Source of the DNA: Armatimonadota bacterium
Lineage (GTDB): Bacteria; Armatimonadota; JAAZEB01
Assembly: GCA_012512505.1 (NCBI GenBank)
Contig: JAAZEB010000167.1
Span: 1 to 47,787, forward strand
Length of the DNA stretch: 47,787 nt
Direction of reading: 5' to 3'
Below are positions 26,662 to 35,760 of the stretch, one piece after another; within the stretch, counting starts at the first letter, position 1, and every line of letters starts with the position of its first letter. Under the pieces are notes generated by a model. It was not told the DNA's origin. It searched no databases and worked only from the letters and a program-made list of their open reading frames with translations. The translations under genes and the position numbers were made by a program.

Positions 26662-27378
26662 CTAGCGGTGCGCTCCCACTCCCACCTGACGGCAGAGGGT
26701 GAGCAACGGGCAGCGGCTGCAGTGCGGGCGCTGCCCGGTACAGACGAACTTGCCGAACGGCACCAGGCGCTCGTTGATCTCCACCCAGTACTCCTCCGGC
26801 AGCTTCTCCCGCAACTGCTGTTCCGTCTGCTCCGGTGTCGCCGCATTGGTGTAGCCCCAACGGTGGGTCACCCGATGGACGTGCACGTCGACGGCGATTG
26901 CTGGCCGGCCGAAGGCCACCCCGAGCACCAGGTTGGCGGTCTTTGGCCCGACGCCGGGCAAGGCCCGCAGCGCCGCTGGGTCGTCCGGCACGCGGCCGCC
27001 GTACTGCTGCAGCAGCACGGTGCAGAGCTGGCGCAGGTAGCGGGCTTTCGCCTCAGCGAAGGTGACCGGCGCCAGCAACTGGTTCAGCGCCTCCTCCGGC
27101 AGGTCCAGCAGCGCCCGGGGGGTGGGGGCCCGCGCCAGCAGCGGTGGCACCACCCGCAGCAGCGTCTCATCGCGGGTGCGGGCGCTGAGGAGGGCGGCCA
27201 CCAGCAGGGCGAAGGGCGAGTGAAAGCTGGCGTCGCGCAACGCGAAGAGGGCGGCCGGCGGCAGGCCGGCGCACTCGCGCCGCAGGCGCCGAAACACCTC
27301 CGCGATGTCGAACGGCTCCTTCGGCAAGCAGTCCGGCCCGGCGCGTGTCACCGCCCAGGCGGGTAGGGGTTCTTGCAT
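26662..27378 (-). CDS. nth: Endonuclease III (HhH-GPD, 4Fe-4S)
   Basis: HhH LPGVGPKTANLVL, catalytic Lys/Asp region, C-x6-C-x2-C-x5-C cluster CTGQRPHCSRCPLLTLC. Confidence 0.9.
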   Translation of the reverse strand: MQEPLPAWAVTRAGPDCLPKEPFDIAEVFRRLRRECAGLPPAALFALRDASFHSPFALLVAALLSARTRDETLLRVVPPLLARAPTPRALLDLPEEALNQLLAPVTFAEAKARYLRQLCTVLLQQYGGRVPDDPAALRALPGVGPKTANLVLGVAFGRPAIAVDVHVHRVTHRWGYTNAATPEQTEQQLREKLPEEYWVEINERLVPFGKFVCTGQRPHCSRCPLLTLCRQVGVGAHR

Positions 27379-27567
27379 GGGGCGGGCCGATGCACGCGGC
27401 GTGCCAGGTGGCAGACGCGCGCCGTTGTTGGTGTCACCCGCCTGGTATAGCAGAGGGTTGCGCCAGCCGCAGACGGGGTATACCCCACCTTGCGGTGTCG
27501 GTCCGCGTCTGGCGTTACGGTGGGCCGTATAAGGGGAAGGAAGGGCAAGCGGAGGGAGGTGGGGAGG

Positions 27568-27879
27568 ATGCAGATTAGCGAGATGACCTGCCCGTGGTGC
27601 AGCAGTGGCCGAGTGGTGATTCACGGGCCGGACGAGCCATGGTTTGTGAAGGAGGACACCGGGCAGATTGGCCGCCGCGGCCCGAAGGGGCGGCCAGCGC
27701 GCTTCCAGACGGCACCGGTGACGTGGTTCTCCTGTACCGAGTGCGCCATGACCGGCACGCTGTCTTACTTGCGCATGCTGCTAACGGGCGGCGTGCGCCG
27801 CTACCTGGATGAGGTGGCCTTGCAGCAGCGCGCCTCCGCCTTCCTCCAGGATGGAGAGGTGGCCCTGCGGGCCGAATGA
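27568..27879 (+). CDS. Zinc-ribbon hypothetical protein (103 aa)
   Basis: CPWC...CTEC two CxxC pairs; GGGGAGG SD. Confidence 0.5.
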   Translation: MQISEMTCPWCSSGRVVIHGPDEPWFVKEDTGQIGRRGPKGRPARFQTAPVTWFSCTECAMTGTLSYLRMLLTGGVRRYLDEVALQQRASAFLQDGEVALRAE

Positions 27880-27939
27880 GCGCCGCCGCAGTACAGTGGG
27901 CGGGGCCAGCAACGACCCCGCCCACCCGATTTAGTAGAG

Positions 27940-28800
27940 TTAGCTACCGGCCGGCCGCTCGATGGTGCAGATGGCTGCCGGGCGCTTGATGCGCAGCGCC
28001 AGGATTTCCATCACCCGGAAGATGTGGTTCAGCTTGCTCGTCTCCAGGAATGCCGTCACCAGGTCCTGGGCGACGGCCAGGTCCATGTTCTCCGCCCCCA
28101 CCGAGACGACGACGGCCACCGAGTCGCTCAGCACCGGGGTCTGGAACACTCCGGCGGTAGCCAGCCGCTGCACCTGCTGCAGCTCCAGCACGCCGGTGTT
28201 GCCGAAGAGGCGGTTCAGGTTGGCGTAGAGGCGCGGGTTCACCACCAGCGCGTACGGCCCGAACAGCTCGTTCTCCACCAGCTTCTGGGTGGCGATCACC
28301 ACGTCGTTGAACGCGGCGCCTGCCTCGGCCCAGTTGCTCATCGCCACCTGGGTGCGCCCCTCCACGGTGGTCAGGCCGGCATAGCGATAGCCGCTCACCT
28401 GGCAGCCGTTGAAGATCAGGTCGTCCTCGGTGCGGGCGCAGAAGGTAGCGGCGGCCGCCGCCGCGCTCACGTCCAGCGGAATGCCAAGCTGCGCCGCGGT
28501 TTCCAGGTCGCGCCAGTGCAGGCGGAAGTCCTTGTAGATCATCGGCAGGGGCACGTACTCGCGCCCGGTAGCGTGAACCAGGCCGCCCTCCTCCTCGCCG
28601 AGGAAGCTGACCGCCCCCTGCTCGACCCCGGCCAGCATGTCCGAGGGAATCGCCTGCACGCCGGGCCCGAACGGACCCAGCAGCGGGATGATCCGCCGGC
28701 CCACCAGATTGCGCTCGGCGGCCGACTTGACCGTCCCATCGATCCGCTCCCATTGTTCGCTGCTGAGCGGGGCCTGATCACGCAGCAGGTAGTCTCCCAT
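27940..28800 (-). CDS. Family-1 encapsulin shell protein (HK97-fold, linocin M18-like)
   Basis: Aligns block-for-block with T. maritima encapsulin ([20 protein letters not shown] ~ [35 protein letters not shown] ~ [29 protein letters not shown] ~ GPYTLVINTDRWINF); GGAGGGAG SD. Confidence 0.9.
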   Translation of the reverse strand: [286 protein letters not shown]

Positions 28801-28837
28801 TGCTTCTCCCTCCAATGCCACCAAAGCACCAACGCGG

Positions 28838-29782
28838 CTACTCTTGCTTACGGCCGAAGAGGCTGCCCACGGTCCAGCCCAACCCGGGCCGCGGCGGGGC
28901 CTCCGGCGCCTCCGCGGCGGCGGCTTTCCTTTGCTCCTGCAGCGCCGCGAGCAGCTCCTGGAAGTGCGTCTCGTGATACTCCGAATGGTCCAGTATCCGC
29001 TGCAGGATCTCCCGCAACTCCGAGTCCTCGGTGGTGGCGAGTTGGCGTCGGTAAGCCTCCTCCACCTCGGCTTCCACCGCGATATTGGTCTGCAGGATCT
29101 GCTCCGGGTCGGAGTTGACGGCCAACTCGCCATGTTCGAGCCGGGGGGTTGCGCCGCTCTCCGCCACGTGCTCGGCCAGCCAGCCCATGTGCGTCATCTC
29201 GACAATCGCCTGGTCCAGCAGGTCCTTGCTCAACGCGCAGTGGGGCGTGAGGAACGACTGCTGTAGGTACTGCAGCAGGGTGGTGTACTCCAGGGCAATG
29301 TGCTCCTGCAGCGGCTCGGCCTCCGCCGCGCTCGTTTCGCCGGCGGCGGCTTCCTCCTCGGCGGCCGCTGGCGCGCTCTCCACCTTGGCCAGCAGGCCCT
29401 CGAAGTCGCGGCGGTGCGCGCGCTCGTCCACGGCGATGCGGCGCAGCAGCCCGGCGAGGCGCGGCTCGTCCATCGCCGCGGCGTGTGCCTCATAGTTGTC
29501 CGCGGCGTCCTTCTCCGAGGCGACGGCCAGGCGCATCAGCGCGACCGGGTCCGTCTCCGCGGTGCCAACCTCCGCGCGCTCGGTGGTGGGAGTGCCGCCC
29601 AGGCGCACCACCTCCTCGGAGAGCCATTTGAAGTGGCGCATCTCCTCGCGCGCGATCCCCTCGATCTCGGCGGCCACCTCTCCTTCTCCCAGGGCGTAAG
29701 CCGTTCTCAGGTAGAGGATGATCGCCCCGTGCTCGTCGCGGATGTCCTCGTTGAGCAAGCGGATTGCTTCCTGCCTGTCCAT
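28838..29782 (-). CDS. Encapsulin cargo: fused tandem ferritin-like (two diiron four-helix-bundle domains) with C-terminal targeting peptide LGWTVGSLFGRK
   Basis: Two homologous halves each with E..H/ExxH ligand pattern (DEHGAI..EEMRHFKWL..EKDAADNYEAH..DERAHRRDFE; EYTTL..EMTHMGWL..EAEVEEAY..DHSEYHETHFQ); acidic Ala/Glu linker; C-terminal TVGSL motif like M. xanthus EncB/C/D; immediately upstream of shell gene. Confidence 0.8.
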   Translation of the reverse strand: MDRQEAIRLLNEDIRDEHGAIILYLRTAYALGEGEVAAEIEGIAREEMRHFKWLSEEVVRLGGTPTTERAEVGTAETDPVALMRLAVASEKDAADNYEAHAAAMDEPRLAGLLRRIAVDERAHRRDFEGLLAKVESAPAAAEEEAAAGETSAAEAEPLQEHIALEYTTLLQYLQQSFLTPHCALSKDLLDQAIVEMTHMGWLAEHVAESGATPRLEHGELAVNSDPEQILQTNIAVEAEVEEAYRRQLATTEDSELREILQRILDHSEYHETHFQELLAALQEQRKAAAAEAPEAPPRPGLGWTVGSLFGRKQE

Positions 29783-29870
29783 GAACCGCTCTCCTTAGTT
29801 GGTGAACGTCAGCCACCCCATTCTACCACAAAACGGTTGGTGAAGGAAAGCGCGTCCTCCGGGCGGACGT
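29783..29870 (-). promoter_or_regulatory. Putative promoter/operator of the encapsulin operon: extended -10 (TGgTAGAAT) flanked by two TTCACCAAC direct repeats
   Basis: Minus-strand reading cTTCACCAACcgttttgtggTAGAATggggtggctgacgTTCACCAACtaaggagagcggttcATG; repeats on + at 29797-29805 and 29834-29842. Confidence 0.45.
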
Positions 29871-29902
29871 CCCACAGGCGCTTGCTTAGCAGGCACCCGG
29901 AG

Positions 29903-30712
29903 CTACAGCTCTGACAGCACCCGGCGCAGGCCGGTGATGAAGCGGGAGAGTGCCTCGTCGGCTGGCCCGAGTTCGTCGTAGTACTCGGCGGAGAGGTAGC
30001 CGTCGTAGCCGGCGTCGCGCAGCAGGCGCAGCGGGGCATGGAACGGGATGGTGCCCTCACCAATCGGCAGCAGCTTCAGGCCGGTGTCCATGTCGGCGCC
30101 GTCGTGCAGGTGGACGTGACGCACCAGCGCGCCCTCTTGCAGCGCGCTCCAGCTTTCGGCGATCGTTTCGCCGGCGCGGAACGGGTGCATCGTATCCCAG
30201 TTCACCGCGATGCAGGGGCAGCCGGCGCGGGTGACGGCGGCCGCCGCGTCTGCCGCGCGCGAGAAGTGATCGTGCGTTTCCAGCCAGATGCCCACGTTGG
30301 CCTGGCAGGCGAGCTCGCAGGCCTGGTGCAGGTCGTCGGCGACGATGGCGATCGCCTCCTCCATGCTCATCCCCTCGGGGCGGGCGCCGCCAAAAACGCG
30401 AATGCCCGGCGCGCCAACATCCGCCGCCAGTTGCAGGTACGCCTTGAGGCTCTCCACGTTCTCCCGGCGTTGCTGCGGGTCGCGGGCCGCAAAGGTACAC
30501 GACGTGGCCAGGCAGGCGATCTCGATGCCGGCATCGGCAAACCGCTGGCGGGCCTCGCGGCGGGCGGGCGGCGAGGCCTCGCGCTCGATGCCGTGCTTGT
30601 GGCCGCACAGCACGCGCAGCTCCACGCCGTCGTAGCCGTGCCGGCGCGCCCCGGCCACCACCTCGTCCAGGGTCCACTCCGGCGTCATGAAGGTCATGTA
30701 GCTTATCTTCAT
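29903..30712 (-). CDS. Sugar phosphate isomerase/epimerase (xylose-isomerase-like TIM barrel)
   Basis: Conserved E/H/D metal ligands pattern (GYDGVEL, WLETH, HVHLHD); GAGGA SD. Confidence 0.75.
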   Translation of the reverse strand: MKISYMTFMTPEWTLDEVVAGARRHGYDGVELRVLCGHKHGIEREASPPARREARQRFADAGIEIACLATSCTFAARDPQQRRENVESLKAYLQLAADVGAPGIRVFGGARPEGMSMEEAIAIVADDLHQACELACQANVGIWLETHDHFSRAADAAAAVTRAGCPCIAVNWDTMHPFRAGETIAESWSALQEGALVRHVHLHDGADMDTGLKLLPIGEGTIPFHAPLRLLRDAGYDGYLSAEYYDELGPADEALSRFITGLRRVLSEL

Positions 30713-30903
30713 GGCTGATCCTCACGCGGGGGGGCACCCCGCCCTTGCTCGGTTCCGGCGCCGCCACGCCGACTCCTGCCGCGCGCCAGCGACGATGTGC
30801 GCGACCCACTGGCAGGCCGGCCCCGGGGAGCGCGGCGGCGGGGTTTGGCCGGCAACTTCACAACCATCCGGGCCGGCGCGTCTTAGAGAAGGAGCGTGAT
30901 AGC

Positions 30904-31215
30904 ATGAGATGTTACATCCGAATGCCTCTCTCGTGCGCCGCGGGCGTCATCCTGGGTGCCAGCACCATCGATCTGCTCTCTACGCTGGCCGTTCTGCGCG
31001 CGGGCATCGGCATCGAGGCCAACCCGATCCTCGCCGCCTGTCTCGAACTGGGCATGCCGATCTTCGTCGCCGCCAAGGTGCTGCTGACCGCCTGCCCGGT
31101 GCTGGCACTCGAACTGCTGCGCGCGCGCTCGGCGCTGGCCGGCTGGGGCCTGCGCTTCGTTGCCGTGGCCTACCCGGTCATCTATCTGTTCGGCGTCCTG
31201 CACGTCAACAGTTGA
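30904..31215 (+). CDS. Small membrane protein, DUF5658-like (EANP motif)
   Basis: Hydrophobic helices; GIEANPIL motif; AAGGAG SD 9 nt upstream. Confidence 0.5.
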   Translation: MRCYIRMPLSCAAGVILGASTIDLLSTLAVLRAGIGIEANPILAACLELGMPIFVAAKVLLTACPVLALELLRARSALAGWGLRFVAVAYPVIYLFGVLHVNS

Positions 31216-31320
31216 CCCCGCCTCGCCCTGCCCGTGCTGCTCTCCTCATGTACTCCTGGCTACCCTGAGAATAGCCCCTTGCGGCCGGCAGCGGTTTGGG
31301 GTGCCGCGAACCGTGCGCCA

Positions 31321-31396
31321 ACCGTAGGGGCGAAGCATTTGTGGGTCAGACCGATTGCGGCGCAGTACGCCTGGCCCGCCAATGCTTCGCCCCTAC
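31321..31396. repeat. Perfect 16-bp inverted repeat (gtaggggcgaagcatt / aatgcttcgcccctac) with 44-nt loop, in repeat-rich 400-bp intergenic region
   Basis: Seen directly; flanked by direct repeats gtgctgctctcctca at ~31233 and ~31487 and a copy of taccctga(g/a)aatagcc.cttgcggcc also found at 47455-47480. Confidence 0.6.
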
Positions 31397-31619
31397 CACC
31401 GCCCGGAGACCCACGAACGGCCCGCGGGGGGGCGACCGGCGAGACGCCGGCGATCCGACCCATTGGCGTCTGGAGATGCCTGCCCTTCCGTGCTGCTCTC
31501 CTCACGTCCGCCTGACTCCTGAGCGGTTCCTTCCCTCACTGGTGCTTGACTGTTCCGCGGGCGCTATGATATCATCTTGATAGGATTTAGATAGCAGTGT
31601 GCTATCCAGGAGGAGACCG

Positions 31620-32507
31620 ATGGGCAAAGAGACCGAGGCTCGCACCATCTCCGGGTGGATGATGCTGGTCGTGGCGCTGGCGGTTCTGGCGGCCGCCATC
31701 GGGGGGATTTTCCTGATGGTGCCGCTGGGCCGTGCTCCCGCCTCGCCCGCCTTCGCGGCGCTGCTGAGCGCCGACATCGTTTTGTGGCTGGTCTGGTCGC
31801 TGCTGCTGCCCGGCTTCTTCATCGTGGAGCCGAACAACAGCAAGGTGCTGCTTCTGTTCGGGGATTACCGGGGCACGGTGAAAGCCAGCGGCTTCCACTG
31901 GGTGAACCCGTTCACCACCAAGCGCGGGGTCTCCCTGCGGGCGCGGACGCTCAACGGTGAGATGCTGAAGGTGAACGACCTGGCCGGCAACCCGGTGGAG
32001 ATCGCCGCGGTGGTGGTCTGGTACGTCAGCGACACTTACAAGGCGATCTTCGAGGTAGACGACTACGAGCTGTACGTGGCCACCCAGAGTGACACGGCGG
32101 TGCGCCACCTCGCCTCCACCTACCGTTACGACGCGGAGGACGAGCACCTCTCGCTGCGGCGCAACACGACGGAGGTCTCCGAGGCGCTGCAGGCGGAGCT
32201 GCAGCAGCGCCTGGCGCGGGCCGGCGTCACGGTGGTGGAGGCACGCCTCTCGCACCTAGCCTACGCCCCGGAGATCGCCGGCGTGATGCTGCGGCGGCAG
32301 GCGGCCGACGCGATCATCGCCGCCCGCAAGCGGATCGTGGATGGCGCCGTGGGCATGGTGGAGATGGCGCTGCAGCGCCTGCAGGAGGAGCAGACGCTGC
32401 AAATGGACGAGGAGCGCAAAGCGTCGATGATCACCAACCTGATGGTGGTGTTGTGCAGCGAGCAGGCGGCCCAGCCGGTGCTGAACGCGGGGACCCTCTA
32501 CCACTGA
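31620..32507 (+). CDS. SPFH/Band-7 (stomatin/prohibitin-like) membrane protein
   Basis: N-terminal TM helices, SPFH core ([31 protein letters not shown]...), coiled-coil C-terminus; AGGAGG SD. Confidence 0.8.
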   Translation: MGKETEARTISGWMMLVVALAVLAAAIGGIFLMVPLGRAPASPAFAALLSADIVLWLVWSLLLPGFFIVEPNNSKVLLLFGDYRGTVKASGFHWVNPFTTKRGVSLRARTLNGEMLKVNDLAGNPVEIAAVVVWYVSDTYKAIFEVDDYELYVATQSDTAVRHLASTYRYDAEDEHLSLRRNTTEVSEALQAELQQRLARAGVTVVEARLSHLAYAPEIAGVMLRRQAADAIIAARKRIVDGAVGMVEMALQRLQEEQTLQMDEERKASMITNLMVVLCSEQAAQPVLNAGTLYH

Positions 32508-32565
32508 CGCGGTAGCGGCGCCGCCTTGGGTGCCAGCACCTGAGGCGGCGCCGGACGGGAGAGCC

Positions 32566-32769
32566 ATGGCACCGAGGAAGTCATTTCTCCTGCGGATCAG
32601 CCCCGAGCTATGGGAGGCGCTCGAGCGGATGGCGGCCGACGAGTTTCGCAGTGTGAACGCGCAGATTGAGTATCTGCTGCGCGAGGCGCTGCAGCGGCGC
32701 GGGCGCCTCCCCCGCGCGTCGGCCGATGCCCAGGCCGAAGCCAGTCCGCCTAACGCGGGCGATGAGTAG
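32566..32769 (+). CDS. Arc/MetJ-type ribbon-helix-helix DNA-binding protein (67 aa)
   Basis: [38 protein letters not shown] matches Arc-like RHH; GGGAGAG SD. Confidence 0.65.
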   Translation: MAPRKSFLLRISPELWEALERMAADEFRSVNAQIEYLLREALQRRGRLPRASADAQAEASPPNAGDE

Positions 32770-32840
32770 TTGGCGGGTGGAGCCGCCAACCGGCCAGGCA
32801 GCTTACCATCAGGGCGCGGATCGCCGGAGGGGAGGCGGAC

Positions 32841-33284
32841 ATGACAGGCCTGCTGATCGTGCTGGTAGTGCTGGTGGCCCTGGTGGTCATCGGGGTGCCG
32901 ATCCGGCTGATCGTCCGGGCGAAGGTAGCCGCGGACACCGAGGCAGTTGGCCGGTGGTCGCGTAGCCTGCGCGAGCGGCTGCTGATCCCACCGGAGTGCA
33001 TCACCTTCAGCCGTGCCGGGCGCTTTGGGGTGACGCATACCAGCGCGGTGGTTGCGCTCACGGTGAGGCACGTGCTGGTAAAACCGCTGTTTGAAACCCG
33101 GGTGCCGATCCCGTTGGCCGAGGTGGCAGGCGTCAGCGAGGCAAAGCGGTTTCGCGGTTCCTGCCACGCCACCGGCAGCACCTACGTCGTGCTCCGGTTG
33201 CGCGACGGCAAGGAGGTGGCGCTGCTGGCGCGCGAGCCACGGCGGTGGTCCACCGCCCTGCGCCGCCGTCTGGAGACGCGGTAA
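32841..33284 (+). CDS. Hypothetical membrane-anchored protein (147 aa)
   Basis: N-terminal TM LLIVLVVLVALVVIGV; GGAGG SD 7 nt upstream. Confidence 0.5.
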   Translation: MTGLLIVLVVLVALVVIGVPIRLIVRAKVAADTEAVGRWSRSLRERLLIPPECITFSRAGRFGVTHTSAVVALTVRHVLVKPLFETRVPIPLAEVAGVSEAKRFRGSCHATGSTYVVLRLRDGKEVALLAREPRRWSTALRRRLETR

Positions 33285-33291
33285 GGGCGAG

Positions 33292-34245
33292 ATGTCGGCA
33301 CCTGCCAGTTTGCGGGCGCTGATCGGCGCCCTTGGCGATTGCCGCCGCGAGGCGCGCGAGGCGGCAGCCCGGGTGCTGACCGAGCAAGGCGAGGGCCGGC
33401 TGGCCGCGGCGGTGGGGGATGCTCTGCGGGGTGATTCCAGCGCGGTGGTGGCGCTGGGTGACCTCCGCGCGCTCCGGCCGCTGGCCCGGGCGCTGGCCTG
33501 CTCGGAGGGTGACCTCCGCGCGGCCGCTGCCCGGGCGCTGTCGTTGCTGGGGGCGCCGGCCGGCCCGGTGCTGGCGCGGGTGTTGCGCCGGGGTTGCCTG
33601 GAGGCGCGGGTGGCCGCGGCGCAGGCCCTGAGCGCCTTCGACGATCCCGGCGCCATAGCGGCGCTGGTGCGCGCGCTGACCCACCGCGAGCCCCGGCTGC
33701 GAGCGGCGGCCGCCCAGGCGCTTGGCCGCGCCGGCAGCCCCACGGCGGTCGAGCCGCTGATTGCCGCCCTCGACGATGGGGATGCCTCCGTGCGTGCTGC
33801 CGCCCAGGGCGCGCTCGTGGCCATCGGGCCGGGCGCGGTGAGCCGGCTCCTGCGGCTCTTGCGGGAAGGACGCCCGGAGCTTCAGGAAGCAGTAGCAGCG
33901 GTGCTGGCGGGCATCGGCGCCCCGTGCGTGCCGGCGGTGGCGGCGCTGCTGGCGCATCCGGACCCCCGCGCGCGCCGGGCCGCCATCGAGGTGCTGACCG
34001 CCATCGGGGCGGACGCGGCGGCGGCGCTGCCGGAGCTGCGCTGGCAGGCCGGTCATGACCCGAGTCCCCAGTTGCGGCAACTGGGTCGCGCGGCGCTGCG
34101 GCAGGTGCGCGCTGCCGGGCGCCAGGCGCCCCGCGAGCTACAAGCGGCCATGCCGCCCCAGGGCACCGGCACAGAGCTGGAAGCCGCCTCCCCCGCCGAC
34201 GGGCGCGGCACGGAACTATTGTCCGCGCCGCCCCAGGTCGAGTAG
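33292..34245 (+). CDS. HEAT-repeat (PBS lyase-like) protein
   Basis: ~8 repeats of A...LG..G...AV..L..AL.D.D..VR.AA. Confidence 0.65.
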   Translation: MSAPASLRALIGALGDCRREAREAAARVLTEQGEGRLAAAVGDALRGDSSAVVALGDLRALRPLARALACSEGDLRAAAARALSLLGAPAGPVLARVLRRGCLEARVAAAQALSAFDDPGAIAALVRALTHREPRLRAAAAQALGRAGSPTAVEPLIAALDDGDASVRAAAQGALVAIGPGAVSRLLRLLREGRPELQEAVAAVLAGIGAPCVPAVAALLAHPDPRARRAAIEVLTAIGADAAAALPELRWQAGHDPSPQLRQLGRAALRQVRAAGRQAPRELQAAMPPQGTGTELEAASPADGRGTELLSAPPQVE

Positions 34246-34502
34246 AGACCCGGTCGGGCAAATCGAGGAAGGAACCGCGGCCGGCACGCCGAATCTTCTG
34301 TGGTACCAGGTGCGCCTGGGCGAACCACTGCCGCGGCAGCGCGCTCGCACTGCGCGCGCGTGGATGGACAACGCCCCGCGGCGGCTTCGTCCCTGCCCCC
34401 AACCGGGCATCATCCAGATAGATTCGGTTCCATTCGCGGGCGAGGGCCGCTCCTTGCGGGCGCACCTTCGCCCGGTGCGTTCTTTGGCGGGAAGGCCCGG
34501 TC

Positions 34503-35681
34503 TTGAGTAAACGTGACCCATCCCTTGACATCTTCCGAGGACTCTGTATTGCGGAGGTGTTGCTGCACCACGTCTCGGCGTTTGCCACGCGCAAGACAGA
34601 TCCGGCATCGCTGTCTCATTTCGGTTACCTGGTGTTCAACCGCACGCTGCACTTCGCGGTGCCGGCCTTTCTCTTCATCATGGGGGCGCTGCTCACCCGC
34701 ACGATGATCTCCAAGCGCCGTACCTGGCGTGACTTCTACACCCGGCGGGCGCAGCAGACGCTGGTGCCTTACCTCCTCTGGTCGCTGATCTACGCCGTCT
34801 TTCGCGTGCTTACCGCGCAGGATGCCCCGGACGTGCTGCTCGATCCGGGGCGCTGGCGCGTGTGGCTGCTTTGGGGCAAGGCCTATTACCACCTCTACTT
34901 CCTGGTGATCGCCCTGCAGCTTTACCTGGTCTTCCCGTTCCTGATGGGCGTGCTGCAGCGCATCAAGGTGGGCATCGGGCCGCTGCTGGTCGTTGCCGCG
35001 GGGCTGCAGTTGGGCGGTTACTGGGTGCATCAGCAGTGGATCCATTCCCGCTACCCCTCCACCTTGCTGCTGTGGCACGTGCTGCCGGTGATTGTCGGGG
35101 TGTGGGTGGGGTTGAACCTGGAGCGTTGGAGCGAGACGTGGCTGCGGCTGCGCTACCTCGCTATTCCGATGGCGCTTGTCGGCTGGGCGACCTACGTGCC
35201 GCAGGCCATCACCCGCGAGTTGGAAGACCCGGTACGCACCTACAACTGGGCTGCCTACCTGCCGCAAGTCGTCATCCGCGTCCTGGAACGCCCGGTCGAT
35301 ACCTTCCATTACCAGATTGCCTGTTGGATCTACACGACGGGGATCATGTTCTGCCTGCTGGGGTTCTCGCGCTGGGTTGCCACCTCCAACGGCTGGCTGG
35401 CGCGCGGGGCGCTGCTCCTGGGCATGCAGTCGATGCAGATCTACCTGGTCCACCCGCTGCTGCTGCACCTGTGGTCGATGGTCGAGCACTCTGGCTCCAC
35501 GCTGGTCTTCCACTTCACCACGATCCTGGTGGCGGTGACGGTGCTGCTGGTCGCGCTAGGGGTGGCGTGGGTGGCCGCCCGGCTGGGCGTCTCGCTGCTG
35601 ATCTTTGGCCGCGACGGCACCGGGCTGCCTGGTATCCCTCCGCGCCGCGCGGTGGCGAACCAGGGGGCGTCCTCCCGTTGA
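34503..35681 (+). CDS. Acyltransferase family 3 (membrane O-acyltransferase, OafA/YrhL-like)
   Basis: LDIFRGLCIAEVLLHH N-terminal signature, ~10 TM helices; TTG start with GGGAAGG SD (no in-frame ATG that preserves the domain). Confidence 0.7.
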   Translation: MSKRDPSLDIFRGLCIAEVLLHHVSAFATRKTDPASLSHFGYLVFNRTLHFAVPAFLFIMGALLTRTMISKRRTWRDFYTRRAQQTLVPYLLWSLIYAVFRVLTAQDAPDVLLDPGRWRVWLLWGKAYYHLYFLVIALQLYLVFPFLMGVLQRIKVGIGPLLVVAAGLQLGGYWVHQQWIHSRYPSTLLLWHVLPVIVGVWVGLNLERWSETWLRLRYLAIPMALVGWATYVPQAITRELEDPVRTYNWAAYLPQVVIRVLERPVDTFHYQIACWIYTTGIMFCLLGFSRWVATSNGWLARGALLLGMQSMQIYLVHPLLLHLWSMVEHSGSTLVFHFTTILVAVTVLLVALGVAWVAARLGVSLLIFGRDGTGLPGIPPRRAVANQGASSR

Positions 35682-35760
35682 GCGCGCGCGGAGGCGTGCC
35701 GGTACGCTCCTGGTCGGCTGCCAGGCCGTAGGGAGGGCGGGCAGGCAGAAGGAGACGGGT

